Positions 10,285-21,372 of a stretch of 64,000 nucleotides of DNA are shown here, one piece after another (the stretch's first letter is position 1; each line of letters begins with the position of its first letter). A program made the position numbers and the translations under genes. The stretch lies in sequence record PV754031.1; one strand, given 5' to 3'. The notes under the pieces were generated by a model. That model did not search any database. It saw only the letters and a list, made by a program, of their open reading frames with translations, and was not told the origin of the DNA.

Positions 10285-10579
10285 TAAATATTTAAATACA
10301 TTTAAAGGCTATATTACAAACATGATAATAATCCATGTTAAAGGAATAATCATGAATAGCCTTGCATATAAAACAACTGTTGTATTCGGTAAGACATATC
10401 GCGTGACAGGTAATAAAGCATTTATATCCATCCTAGATTCACGTGGTAATATTTGCTTTGAATTAAATATCGTTGAAAAGAAAGCATGCCAACCGTGTAA
10501 TAACTTTAGACGGTATTGTTCAGGTATTGGTATTGCACCTGGTGACCTCATCAAAAAGATTCTCAACAGTGTTAATTGA
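10274..10579 (+). CDS. Hypothetical protein, true start possibly further downstream
   Basis: 101-aa ORF; an internal AAGGA SD precedes a later ATG. Confidence 0.55.
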   Translation: MGFNKYLNTFKGYITNMIIIHVKGIIMNSLAYKTTVVFGKTYRVTGNKAFISILDSRGNICFELNIVEKKACQPCNNFRRYCSGIGIAPGDLIKKILNSVN

Positions 10580-10636
10580 TGATGGGTTATACCAGTATGT
10601 TTTTAAATATGGTGTTATTTAGATATTATCTTAATG

Positions 10637-10687
10637 GCATAAGCCCTCCCATTACGGGAGGGCATTATGTCTTTTTTTTTTATTTTT

Positions 10688-10690
<3 letters not shown>
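10637..10690. terminator. Bidirectional terminator
   Basis: GCCCTCCC-ATTAC-GGGAGGGC (10643-10663), near-identical to the 934 element, then a T tract. Confidence 0.85.
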
Positions 10691-11497
<807 letters not shown>

Positions 11498-11596
11498 CTA
11501 TAATGCGCTGTACGCGTTTTTTCGATGGAGATAATACCCAACTAAGGTATAATATACATCGGCTTACCACGAACAGATTTGACTAAAAATATTTTT

Positions 11597-11609
11597 AGAT
11601 CTATATCAT
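11597..11609 (+). promoter_or_regulatory. Early-type promoter variant
   Basis: AGATC-TATATCAT. Confidence 0.55.
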
Positions 11610-11624
11610 GTTCCTGAACATTTA

Positions 11625-12053
11625 ATGAGAGATTGTACTGTGACTACTCCCCAAGTAGCTGACCTGTATGTAATAGATGTAACGAGGGTGATAGCCAAGT
11701 TAGTACCAAGATCGCCAAAAGAGCTAATAAATGCTCGTTTAGCAATTAGGTGCCAAAGCTTTGGAATACATCCAGATGACTATGGTACATTAGAGCATAT
11801 ATTTAAATCAGTAGAGGACAGCTTAATTGATGACTTCTTTAAATATTCTATTGACTCTTTTGAATTCATGTATACTACTGGATATAATCCAATAAATAAC
11901 ACCCCTCAAGAAATCCAATGGTTTCATGATAATCATGAGGCCGCATCTGATCTTTGGGATATATTAAAAATTATACCTAGAGTAAATGCAGGTAAGTTTG
12001 TAATATTTTATCGGTTAAAGAACACAGTTTGGATCGCTATTCCAAAAAATTAA
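11625..12053 (+). CDS. Hypothetical protein
   Basis: 142-aa ORF. Confidence 0.65.
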   Translation: MRDCTVTTPQVADLYVIDVTRVIAKLVPRSPKELINARLAIRCQSFGIHPDDYGTLEHIFKSVEDSLIDDFFKYSIDSFEFMYTTGYNPINNTPQEIQWFHDNHEAASDLWDILKIIPRVNAGKFVIFYRLKNTVWIAIPKN

Positions 12054-12066
12054 TTGGAGAAATATA

Positions 12067-13140
12067 ATGTCGAATAAGCTCATTGTACTTGATACGCGCC
12101 ACCAAGAAAAAGCAATATACGATTTACTAGGTCAGCTTACAGCTTCAGCTTCAATTGATGAAGCGATTGGGGTGAAATTGAGTAAAGATGTGGCTCAACA
12201 GTTTTTACATCTAATGGTTGAAAATATAGTAGAGAGTTTAGTTTCATATAAAACAGCCAAAGACCAGTACACCAATCTTAAGATGGCAGCAGCTATTTTT
12301 AATTGTGCTGTAACTGACGTAGATAGTAATAAAGTTGCTTGGGTAGAAAATCTAATGAAACTACCTTATCTAGAAACTATCTATCTAGATATCTATAAAC
12401 AAGTAGCTAAATATATCGATAGCGGTACATGGATCCAATGGGATGTAGTTAAAGCTGGTTCAGTTATAACTTTAATCAGTGGCAAAGATTATCGTATCGC
12501 GGAATATGATCGTGTCCATGGGATTGATAATGGTGATGATCATGCAGTGGTATCACTTAACCTACTGAACCCATTAAACTATTTATTTAGTGAATTTCTC
12601 CGTACATTCTTCCATGGCTTTGACAGAATTAATTTACAAACATTAGGTTATAGTATCTACGAATCTAGGCGTAAAACTCAGCTATCTCTTGCTAATGGTG
12701 GTAGCTATACTTTAAATAAAGACCACATCACCACTAACCATGCATATAACATCGCAGTAGAATATATTCAAGAACAGTTAACTGCATTACTTATTGGTGT
12801 AATTGTTAAACAATATAGTAATATTAAAGTATCTTATCTAATACCTAAGGTTAACCATGATTTCTTTGCAAGTTTAGGACTTGATAATTTATTACTATTT
12901 GAAGAGAAATATATTAGCCCTCTAGTTAGTTCTATTAACATGGCATATTTTTCAACCAGAATTGAGCATGACGTTAAGTATGAACTAGAGTATCATAGCT
13001 ATGTAATTTCTGTATACAAGAATAAGAATGCAACTTATCCTATTGAGAAATTAGTATTTGAATATCAACGTGGTGATTATTTACCTGATGATCAGCGAGC
13101 GCAAGCTGAGCGATACATTTTAGAAAATAATCTATACTAA
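12067..13140 (+). CDS. Hypothetical protein
   Basis: 357-aa ORF with GGAG SD. Confidence 0.8.
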   Translation: MSNKLIVLDTRHQEKAIYDLLGQLTASASIDEAIGVKLSKDVAQQFLHLMVENIVESLVSYKTAKDQYTNLKMAAAIFNCAVTDVDSNKVAWVENLMKLPYLETIYLDIYKQVAKYIDSGTWIQWDVVKAGSVITLISGKDYRIAEYDRVHGIDNGDDHAVVSLNLLNPLNYLFSEFLRTFFHGFDRINLQTLGYSIYESRRKTQLSLANGGSYTLNKDHITTNHAYNIAVEYIQEQLTALLIGVIVKQYSNIKVSYLIPKVNHDFFASLGLDNLLLFEEKYISPLVSSINMAYFSTRIEHDVKYELEYHSYVISVYKNKNATYPIEKLVFEYQRGDYLPDDQRAQAERYILENNLY

Positions 13141-13168
13141 ATAAAGCCCTCCTTATGGGGGGCTTTAT
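13141..13168 (+). terminator. Intrinsic terminator
   Basis: AAAGCCCTCC-TTAT-GGGGGGCTTT. Confidence 0.7.
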
Positions 13169-13189
13169 ACCGATTATAAGGTTTTTATA

Positions 13190-13579
13190 ATGAACATATC
13201 TAATGATAAAGACACATCAATGTGTATCAGAATGGAAGTAAGATCTTTTGTACAAGATCAACATTCTGATATTTGGAAATCTATAAAAAATAGTATTGGT
13301 GCAGAATATGCATTAACAATTGTATTGGCAGCAGCGTCTGAGAGGGCATCGGGTAGCACATCTAATGATGTCATAGAACTAATTAATCAGATGCTGGGTT
13401 ATAGGGATATTTGTGATATTAATTTAACAACTTATCTGTATAATTGTTCTAACCGGGTGGTTCTACCATCAGCTGGTAACATCCAGTTAAATAGGGTTAT
13501 TTATGATACTGAGAAACCAGAAGATCTATACGTCACCATTACCCACACCACAACCTCGTTTTTTACTAAGAGCGACTAA
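13190..13579 (+). CDS. Hypothetical protein
   Basis: 129-aa ORF with AAGG SD. Confidence 0.65.
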   Translation: MNISNDKDTSMCIRMEVRSFVQDQHSDIWKSIKNSIGAEYALTIVLAAASERASGSTSNDVIELINQMLGYRDICDINLTTYLYNCSNRVVLPSAGNIQLNRVIYDTEKPEDLYVTITHTTTSFFTKSD

Positions 13580-13955
13580 AAGTAAACTTATTAAAGATGA
13601 TAACTATCTAAGATTTGTATTGGACTTTTTAGATATTAGTTATATCGAAGCAATGCATTTGCTTGTTGCATTGGCAGAACAGAAGCTTATGCAAATGGTC
13701 GTTAAAGAAGAAATGTTCTATGAATATGCTAAAGACATTCATTTCATGCATAAACTAATAGAACTTCTCGATGAGGGTGCTGAGCAGATCATGCACCTCA
13801 TTCCAACAAATACTAAGGAACTGTGGTATGAAACAGAAGCACGAGATGGATTGTACATCGGAGGAAGTACAACGTCTGGTATATGTATTGCCAATCGAAG
13901 TGGTATTCCCACAATTAATCACATTGATAAAGAAATTTACTTACCTAACAAATAA
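13503..13955 (+). CDS. Hypothetical protein, start uncertain
   Basis: 150-aa ORF overlapping both neighbours. Confidence 0.6.
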   Translation: MILRNQKIYTSPLPTPQPRFLLRATKSKLIKDDNYLRFVLDFLDISYIEAMHLLVALAEQKLMQMVVKEEMFYEYAKDIHFMHKLIELLDEGAEQIMHLIPTNTKELWYETEARDGLYIGGSTTSGICIANRSGIPTINHIDKEIYLPNK

Positions 13956-14286
13956 AGATGAAGCTACAGTCATCGTCTTATTAACTCAATGGGTTGTTAA
14001 GATGATGTCTAAATTACAACAGGATAATACGGTTATTCCTTTTGTGGATATATCAATACAACTAGGAAATGGTCCAGATTGGGATGAGTTCATTAATTTG
14101 TTCTATACAACTGGAATCCAATTACTACATAGAACACCGAAGAATTTAATAGACTATAAGTTCATTAGTGTAATAGATAACAAAGTTGTTCTATTAACTA
14201 TAGTCACTGGTAAAGAGTGGAGTCAATATGCAATTGTTGCTAATTTTGAAACCGCGTTCTTTTACGGAAGAGCTAGGTGTAGATGA
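13771..14286 (+). CDS. Hypothetical protein, probable true start 13846 (MDCTSEEV)
   Basis: 171-aa ORF with a long overlap at the listed start. Confidence 0.6.
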   Translation: MRVLSRSCTSFQQILRNCGMKQKHEMDCTSEEVQRLVYVLPIEVVFPQLITLIKKFTYLTNKDEATVIVLLTQWVVKMMSKLQQDNTVIPFVDISIQLGNGPDWDEFINLFYTTGIQLLHRTPKNLIDYKFISVIDNKVVLLTIVTGKEWSQYAIVANFETAFFYGRARCR

Positions 14287-14662
14287 ACCGACTGACTTTG
14301 TACTGTGGTGTATCAATAGACTTCTAGCAGCATATGTAGAATACTTTAACCACTGGCAGAGATTAGATTGGCCTACCTTTTTAGAGCAATGGTTAGAAGA
14401 TTACTTAAGCGATACCTATATAGAACCAGATAGACCGATGAGCATGATGGTATTTGATCATCAGGGAAATCCTAATACTATCAATTGGCACTTAAGATCT
14501 GCTGAGATTATCGAAAGGGTATTGGATTTATTTGGAACTGATTTCTTAGAGATAATCCAAAAACAAGTTATTCAAGCAGGTAATCTTATTACTAGTCTTA
14601 AATGTATAGAAGTAGATAAATATAAGATGGTAACTAAATTAGTTATGAGGTCTCAAACATGA
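14228..14662 (+). CDS. Hypothetical protein
   Basis: 144-aa ORF with GGAG SD. Confidence 0.7.
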   Translation: MQLLLILKPRSFTEELGVDEPTDFVLWCINRLLAAYVEYFNHWQRLDWPTFLEQWLEDYLSDTYIEPDRPMSMMVFDHQGNPNTINWHLRSAEIIERVLDLFGTDFLEIIQKQVIQAGNLITSLKCIEVDKYKMVTKLVMRSQT

Positions 14663-15195
14663 TGCATCCACTTCTTTATAGACAACAAGAAATGCAGCGG
14701 ATAAATGATGCTAATAACATAACTCCAGGCCAACAAGGAATGACGAGTTTCGTAGTTATTAACATCAGTGATATCTGGCCCATTGTTAATAAAATGGCTG
14801 ATGTAGTTGTCAATAAGTCTTACAATACTCCTTACCCATATACTGAACACCAATCTATAGAACAGTTATGGTATCAGGCGATTAATGCATATATTGAATT
14901 TCTAGCACAACAGCCTACTCAACCAATTATAGGGGTTGACTATTATTTACAAGAATACTTTCCATCAGTAGCGCCTGTGATTATGCAAGATAAATATGCA
15001 TTGAGTATTCTTAATATGTGGTTTGCAGCTGTGTGTAAAACACTGGCTAGTAAACTACAATCTGAAATAGCGTATCTTTATCAGAATGGATATGGTGTAG
15101 AAAGAATCCAATCAATAGCAGTTGATCAACATAATCAAGGTTATATTCTAGAAGGTGAAGACTTTGGTATGGACTGCTACAATGATGTGGATTAA
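14659..15195 (+). CDS. Hypothetical protein
   Basis: 178-aa ORF, GAGG SD, ATGA overlap with the upstream gene. Confidence 0.75.
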   Translation: MMHPLLYRQQEMQRINDANNITPGQQGMTSFVVINISDIWPIVNKMADVVVNKSYNTPYPYTEHQSIEQLWYQAINAYIEFLAQQPTQPIIGVDYYLQEYFPSVAPVIMQDKYALSILNMWFAAVCKTLASKLQSEIAYLYQNGYGVERIQSIAVDQHNQGYILEGEDFGMDCYNDVD

Positions 15196-15222
15196 GTGAC
15201 ACATATTAACAATTGACGTAAA

Positions 15223-15270
15223 TAGGAAAGCCTATCGGTTCACATAGGCTTCCTACTAGGAACCGATATG
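15223..15270 (+). promoter_or_regulatory. Candidate H-type pseudoknot covering the RBS of 15268..15651
   Basis: 12-bp stem 15223-35/15244-55; loop CGGTTC (15236-41) is complementary to GAACCG (15260-65) between the SD and the ATG. Confidence 0.55.
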
Positions 15271-15651
15271 GAAAAACGAGTATTTATCGTATTTAAATCT
15301 AAAGAGTCAGAAATATATTCGCAACATTTGCTTCGTGAATATACAAAACGAATGATATATCCAGATTGTCCAACACCACTTGATTTATTTGAAGAATCAC
15401 GTAAGTTAAGTTATATGGATACGCTTAATAATGACATATATATCCATATGCTGATGTATGGACATGACTCATTTGATGATCCTGATGAAGATATTGAGTT
15501 AGAGAATTATTCTACTAAAGGATATGTTATTGAATATTGTACCGACTTTATCAATAGCTTTAAAGAAAAATATCCAAATGGACATGTATTAATTACAGTG
15601 CCAATGGATACAAAAGGTCTGTTTGGTGTAGTTGTATTACTAGATGAGTAA
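15268..15651 (+). CDS. Hypothetical protein (gp48-like)
   Basis: 127-aa ORF with AGGA SD. Confidence 0.75.
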   Translation: MEKRVFIVFKSKESEIYSQHLLREYTKRMIYPDCPTPLDLFEESRKLSYMDTLNNDIYIHMLMYGHDSFDDPDEDIELENYSTKGYVIEYCTDFINSFKEKYPNGHVLITVPMDTKGLFGVVVLLDE

Positions 15652-15676
15652 TACCCTATGTAACCAACTATTTTAG

Positions 15677-16102
<426 letters not shown>

Positions 16103-16109
16103 CTATAAA

Positions 16110-16135
16110 GGAGCCATTATGGCTCCTTTTATGTT
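16110..16135 (+). terminator. Intrinsic terminator
   Basis: GGAGCC-ATTAT-GGCTCC followed by TTTT. Confidence 0.75.
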
Positions 16136-16302
16136 GTATTATTTTTACTTGCTTACATCATCTAATGTGAATGTAAGTTGATGTGCTACCTCTCAATTTA
16201 GGGTGCCCGTATAGGGTACCCATTCTTTCCTTTTCTTTTTTAGTTAAAGAGAGAGAAATCATTCACTATAATTAAAAATAAGTATACTGAGAGATATGTG
16301 AA

Positions 16303-18498
16303 ATGACCGCATTTGCCCAACCAAATCCGTTTTTAAAAGATGTCAATGATTACCATCGTGATATTGATATCATTAATGCATGTCTTGATGATAATGCCAA
16401 ATATCTTCAATTAATGACAAAAGATGAATTAAATATTAGTTTAGAAGAATGTAAAGAATTTGTTAAAGAACAATTACGTCAAAATGGCGAATATGCACTT
16501 CGTAATCCATTAGCAACTATTCTAGATAAAAATAAGTTTGGTGATAGGGAATTAAAGACGGTTTCATTTATGGCTTTTCTTAACCGTGTTAAGAAACAGA
16601 ATCTATTATTATCTCCATCAATGACCGCATATTTACCAGAGTCTGTTAGACAGTCTACGCACTCCATCTATATTGCCGAAGGTGTGAAAAACCGTAAGCG
16701 TGTTAAAGGTGAACAGATGCAGGCTGAACGTGAAGCAGCTGCTTTCCTACAGGCCGGCGATAAAGAGAATTCACAAATTAAAACAGAACTTGCACAAGTA
16801 CGTAAAGGCGAGCAAGAAAACTTCAAAATTAACAATAACTCATATTCAGGCGGTACTGTATCTGCTGCCACTATTCTTTATTATAAGTCCACACACTCTA
16901 GTTTAACATCTACCTGTAGAACTGGTACCTCTTATGCTAACTCAAATAATGAAAAATTCATTATGGGTAATAGGCATTATTATACTCCAGAAATCACAAA
17001 AGCTAATTTAGTAAACACTATTAATGTAGCTGATATGGAGTTAATTCAAAAAGCAGTAACTAATTTTAATCTACATTGCCCAACGCCAGAAGAAGTAGTT
17101 GATATGGTTCTTTATTCAACTAAACACTATTGGCAAAATAAGTACTACACGGCGCAGATTTTAAAACTAGCTACTGGGATGACACCAGTCGAACGAGCAG
17201 CAGTTATGTACGTAGGTGATCTATATCACTTATATAAATACAATAAAGAATTAATCAAGAGCTTTCTAATTAAATTAAGCCAGGTTGGAACAAAAGAACA
17301 AATCATCACTGAAGAAGAATATTCAACTTATGATGGTGATATGGATCTATTGGCTAGCTTTATTTGCTTTGATACTGTTAAAGGTCGATCTAAAGCTAAA
17401 CTAAAAGAGTCAGATCCAGATACATTAAACCAAGTTTATGCCACTGGTCGAAATATCGCTGAAACTCTTAATGAATATCGTCTATTGATTGAAGCTTTCT
17501 TCTTGACTAAATGTGTACCATCAAGCATTCATGCTTTTCCAACTGTGTATAGACGAGCTGCTGTTATTTCAGATACTGACTCCACTATGTTTACATTACA
17601 ATGGTGGGTTGAGGAATTCTTTGGTAAAGTAACTTTTAGCAATGAAGCTAAGCGACTAGTATTCGCACTAGTGTTTCTAGTGTCTGAAGTAGTTATGCAT
17701 ATCTTGGCGATTCAATCCGCTAATATGGGTGTATCTAAAGATAAGCTTCGTCTATTTGCAATGAAGAACGAATATTATTTCGCAGTACTGGCCTTAACTA
17801 CTCGTTCTAAACATTACTTTGCATCACAGGATGCCCAAGAAGGGGTAATGTTTAATGAGTCACGAATGGAGATCAAGGGTGTAGGACTAAGGGATAGTAA
17901 AGTACCTAAGAAGATTAATAGTCGTGCTAAAACACTCATGGAAGATATCATTAAAACTGTAAAGACTGAAGAGAAAATCGACTTGGCTTCAATTCTAAAA
18001 GAAGTTGGTGATATCGAAAGAGAAATTATTGAGTCTGTTAGAAGTGGTAAAGCTGAGTATCTGACAAGTGGTCAAACTAAACGACCTGAGTCTTATAAAT
18101 CTGAAGATAACTCAACCCATAAAAAGGGATTAGTGTGGAAGACTGTATTTGCTCCATCATTTGGTGACGCTGGTGATCCACCTTATTCACATGTAAAGAT
18201 CTCAGTTACTCTTAATAATAAAACTGCGATCAAAGAATGGATTGATGGTATCGAAGATAAGAAATTAGCTGCTCGTATTCAAGCATGGGTTACTGAAGAA
18301 AATAAAACCAGTATTGGTGATTTCCATATCCCGAGTACAGTAGTAGAAACTGGTCGTATTCCAGAAGTTATTACGCGTGTTGCTGACGTTAGAACTATCA
18401 TTGGAAACACTATGGGTGTATTCTATCTAACCTTAGAGTCCCTAGGTATTTTCCTTATTGATAAAAATAACGATCGACTCATCTCTGACTTCTATTAA
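16303..18498 (+). CDS. polB: Split family-B DNA polymerase, fingers/palm/thumb subunit (gp50)
   Basis: Motif B KINNNSYSG, motif C ISDTDS, and EIKGVGL. Confidence 0.92.
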   Translation: MTAFAQPNPFLKDVNDYHRDIDIINACLDDNAKYLQLMTKDELNISLEECKEFVKEQLRQNGEYALRNPLATILDKNKFGDRELKTVSFMAFLNRVKKQNLLLSPSMTAYLPESVRQSTHSIYIAEGVKNRKRVKGEQMQAEREAAAFLQAGDKENSQIKTELAQVRKGEQENFKINNNSYSGGTVSAATILYYKSTHSSLTSTCRTGTSYANSNNEKFIMGNRHYYTPEITKANLVNTINVADMELIQKAVTNFNLHCPTPEEVVDMVLYSTKHYWQNKYYTAQILKLATGMTPVERAAVMYVGDLYHLYKYNKELIKSFLIKLSQVGTKEQIITEEEYSTYDGDMDLLASFICFDTVKGRSKAKLKESDPDTLNQVYATGRNIAETLNEYRLLIEAFFLTKCVPSSIHAFPTVYRRAAVISDTDSTMFTLQWWVEEFFGKVTFSNEAKRLVFALVFLVSEVVMHILAIQSANMGVSKDKLRLFAMKNEYYFAVLALTTRSKHYFASQDAQEGVMFNESRMEIKGVGLRDSKVPKKINSRAKTLMEDIIKTVKTEEKIDLASILKEVGDIEREIIESVRSGKAEYLTSGQTKRPESYKSEDNSTHKKGLVWKTVFAPSFGDAGDPPYSHVKISVTLNNKTAIKEWIDGIEDKKLAARIQAWVTEENKTSIGDFHIPSTVVETGRIPEVITRVADVRTIIGNTMGVFYLTLESLGIFLIDKNNDRLISDFY

Positions 18499-18502
18499 GA
18501 AA

Positions 18503-18532
18503 TATAGCCTCCCCTAGTGGGAGGCTTATATA
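18503..18532 (+). terminator. Intrinsic terminator
   Basis: GCCTCCC-CTAGT-GGGAGGC at 18507-18525. Confidence 0.75.
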
Positions 18533-18563
18533 CTAAAAAATAATTAAGATTTATATAGTCTGA

Positions 18564-18773
18564 TTGCCAATTACTAACTTAATATGGTTCAATATAATGA
18601 CAAATCATACCGAATTTAATTTTGACTTAGATCGGATGAAGAAGGCAATTAACAGTGGTACTATCACATTACCAACCGCTCCACCTGGGTTAACTCGTGA
18701 AGAAAAACGAGCATTTATCCGAAGTTATATTAAAGACAAATTAAAAGAGGTAACTAATGATGAAAGAGAATAA
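18564..18773 (+). CDS. Small hypothetical protein, probable start 18597
   Basis: ORF downstream of the promoter-like AGATTTATATAGT. Confidence 0.55.
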   Translation: MPITNLIWFNIMTNHTEFNFDLDRMKKAINSGTITLPTAPPGLTREEKRAFIRSYIKDKLKEVTNDERE

Positions 18774-19479
18774 AGAAGTCCGCGTAATTACCTGGAATGA
18801 TTATAGTAAATTAGTAAATGATAATCGTATTAGGATCCATGGATTAGCACCTGATGATTCCACCAAAGCAACAGCCTATGTTCTTTTGGATGACGGTAGT
18901 GAAGAATTAGTATATGTAACTTATACCAACGAATTAAAAGAAGTTGATGTTACTACTGAAACAACTGCAATTACTAGTGATAAAAGTTCACTAGATGATG
19001 TTCAACCAATTGGTTTAATTACCTCTAGTAACGAACCACCAAAGTTAATGAGTCTAAATGACTATATTGATGAATTCAATTGGCACTCAAGTGCTGACAA
19101 CGATTACAATAATGTCTCACTTGAATTAATGCTAAATACCCATCATACAACTCTTTGGGAATGTGATAATATTCTAGTAAAAGACGTAACTATTAAACAA
19201 GCTCTTAAAGAAGGTGTTGATAAACAACTTATTAATACTGATAGTTCATTCGATGAACTGGTTACGCATCTAAGGCTAACTGCTAAAACTATTATGGATC
19301 CATTAGATGAAATGGATAATGGAGTTAAAAGCAGTGACCAAGCTGTAGTTGATCAATTACTAAATCATGACCGTCGACCAGGTAAGTTTAGTAATAAAAT
19401 GCTATTGCCAGCTATCCCAGGAATTAACCGAGCTGAACGTAGAAAATTACTTTCTAAAATGAAGAAAGGTAATTTCTAA
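18757..19479 (+). CDS. Hypothetical protein (gp51-like)
   Basis: 240-aa ORF with GAGGT SD; C-terminal NRAERRK basic helix. Confidence 0.75.
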   Translation: MMKENKEVRVITWNDYSKLVNDNRIRIHGLAPDDSTKATAYVLLDDGSEELVYVTYTNELKEVDVTTETTAITSDKSSLDDVQPIGLITSSNEPPKLMSLNDYIDEFNWHSSADNDYNNVSLELMLNTHHTTLWECDNILVKDVTIKQALKEGVDKQLINTDSSFDELVTHLRLTAKTIMDPLDEMDNGVKSSDQAVVDQLLNHDRRPGKFSNKMLLPAIPGINRAERRKLLSKMKKGNF

Positions 19480-19488
19480 TAAAACGGC

Positions 19489-19522
19489 ATATAACCCCCT
19501 CCTAAATTGGAGGGGGTTTATG
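19489..19522. terminator. Bidirectional terminator
   Basis: AACCCCCTCC-TAAATT-GGAGGGGGTT. Confidence 0.8.
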
Positions 19523-20614
19523 TCACATTTCTTTTCTTTTAAGTGCATCTATCATCCAATCAACTTGTGCCTGTTGAGCTTTTACAAACTCACTATTTGC
19601 TTGTTGCTTAAATGCTTGATCATTAGATGCTTCTATAAGATCAATTAATACAGTGTTAACAGAAGATTGATCATAACCAGTATTCTTTAAAAGCTGCCCT
19701 ACAAGATACTTAATGAAGGGTGTGCGAGCCAATACATAAGCCCATTCATTATTCCTGTTAATAGGTTCTCGTGGGAGCCGCATCATATCGAACAAATTAG
19801 ATTGTACGATAGCTGGTGTTATCCATGATAAACCTTCCATGTCTACACCTTTTAATATGGATTCTCTATTGATAGTTGTACATAGTTTATCAATACGTGG
19901 ATTCATATCAGTGATGTAAAATGGATGCGGTATAGGGAATGTTGGATTTTTAATATCTAAAGCATTCCTTGCTAACCTATTAAAGAAAGAAATATCTAAA
20001 TAAGAGTCAACCATATTTGGCAATACAAATGATCCTATAAACCTATAAGTGTCTTCTACTTCATCAGGATTCTTCTCAACTTGCCATCGATACCAGTAAC
20101 GGTACATCACAAGAAGCATTGGTATATTTACTAGAGTTACACCATAGCCTCTACCCTGTGTGGTATTGTTCATGATAGGTAAATTAGTATCAGTACGTGT
20201 ATGATACAGATACGTAACAGGGGAAAGTTTATACCATGTTTTATTTAGATCTTTTAGATCAAAGCTCTCTGATGTGGATACTAGAACTTCTTCAGTTTGA
20301 GGACCAAGTGTAACACCACCTACATGAACCTTACCTTTATTTAAAGATGATGTAATACCAAATGAACGAATAATAGCACGTGAACGATCGTCCACGTTCT
20401 TTATAAAAGTAGCATCATCACTTAGTAACTCTACGTTAAAATGTCGAATCATTTGTGCTAATATGTTTTTAGATTCAACATACTTCGGTGCCCGTCTATA
20501 ATAACTTTTAACGTCCCTAATTTGCTCAGCGTAGATTCGTCGGATATAATGGATGTTAGGATCAACCACCTGCCCCAATTTACGTGACGGAGCATTCTTA
20601 AATAAATTATACAT
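19523..20614 (-). CDS. Conserved gp52-like protein
   Basis: 363-aa ORF; synteny with phiKZ upstream of chmA. Confidence 0.8.
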   Translation of the reverse strand: MYNLFKNAPSRKLGQVVDPNIHYIRRIYAEQIRDVKSYYRRAPKYVESKNILAQMIRHFNVELLSDDATFIKNVDDRSRAIIRSFGITSSLNKGKVHVGGVTLGPQTEEVLVSTSESFDLKDLNKTWYKLSPVTYLYHTRTDTNLPIMNNTTQGRGYGVTLVNIPMLLVMYRYWYRWQVEKNPDEVEDTYRFIGSFVLPNMVDSYLDISFFNRLARNALDIKNPTFPIPHPFYITDMNPRIDKLCTTINRESILKGVDMEGLSWITPAIVQSNLFDMMRLPREPINRNNEWAYVLARTPFIKYLVGQLLKNTGYDQSSVNTVLIDLIEASNDQAFKQQANSEFVKAQQAQVDWMIDALKRKEM

Positions 20615-20641
20615 GGTTATTATCCGATTAAAAATTAATTG

Positions 20642-20654
20642 AGATCTATATCAT
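20642..20654 (+). promoter_or_regulatory. Early-type promoter variant
   Basis: AGATC-TATATCAT. Confidence 0.55.
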
Positions 20655-20695
20655 AGTTTGGTAACAACAGTAGTAATTACAAATAGGAATATACA

Positions 20696-21061
20696 ATGGC
20701 TAAAAATAATGTTGAAGATCCGCCACTATATTTAGGTAATAACAAAGATCTTACTGTATACATGACTAGCAAAGAAATTGTAGTAAACTTTTTCAATGTC
20801 GAGCGTAGGATTAAGATAGATCCTAATGATCCCAATCCATTAGCAACTGCTACTAAACTCCATGAGGAATTAATAAAGGTATTAGTCGCATATCGATTTG
20901 GTAGTGTAGTTAAAGTAAATGAAACATCTGCTTCGGCACATTCACCATTTATTGCTAAATTTGATACAACTGATAATAATAAAGTTGATCCAGTTAGTAA
21001 ACTATACAAACTGTATCATTCTCTTTTTGGAACAGTTCGTAAGTATATGCGAAGTAAATGA
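20696..21061 (+). CDS. Hypothetical protein (gp53-like)
   Basis: 121-aa ORF with AGGA SD. Confidence 0.75.
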   Translation: MAKNNVEDPPLYLGNNKDLTVYMTSKEIVVNFFNVERRIKIDPNDPNPLATATKLHEELIKVLVAYRFGSVVKVNETSASAHSPFIAKFDTTDNNKVDPVSKLYKLYHSLFGTVRKYMRSK

Positions 21062-21276
21062 TAACTGCATTTTATAAAAATACTGATAGTTATTATTTAA
21101 TACAGGACTGACGTAAATTAGTTTCTGGATTCAAACTTTATACCCATAAACTCAAAAAAGAAGATATGGAAATTGTAAGATGAAAAATAAATAATACTCA
21201 GATTGTAATAATATGTAGTGAACATAGTGTTCGTTACGATCTGCTGATAGCAGATTATAGCGTCTATGTTGTAATG

Positions 21277-21303
21277 AAAAAAATTTGAGATTTATATTAC
21301 TAA
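21277..21303 (+). promoter_or_regulatory. Early promoter of chmA
   Basis: AAAAAAATTTGAGATT-TATATTAC-TAA, 26/27 identical to the gp68 promoter. Confidence 0.85.
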
Positions 21304-21372
21304 ATTGAATCTAGTATACTAAGTACTTAGGTTCTTCTTGATCAAGAAACCATAATCGTAAAGGTATTTAAA

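Noticed and set aside
13556-13567. Possible +1 frameshift at TTT TTT ACT between 13190.. and 13503..
   Set aside because: The downstream ORF has its own ATG and a plausible SD; a T6 run is common in this AT-rich DNA.
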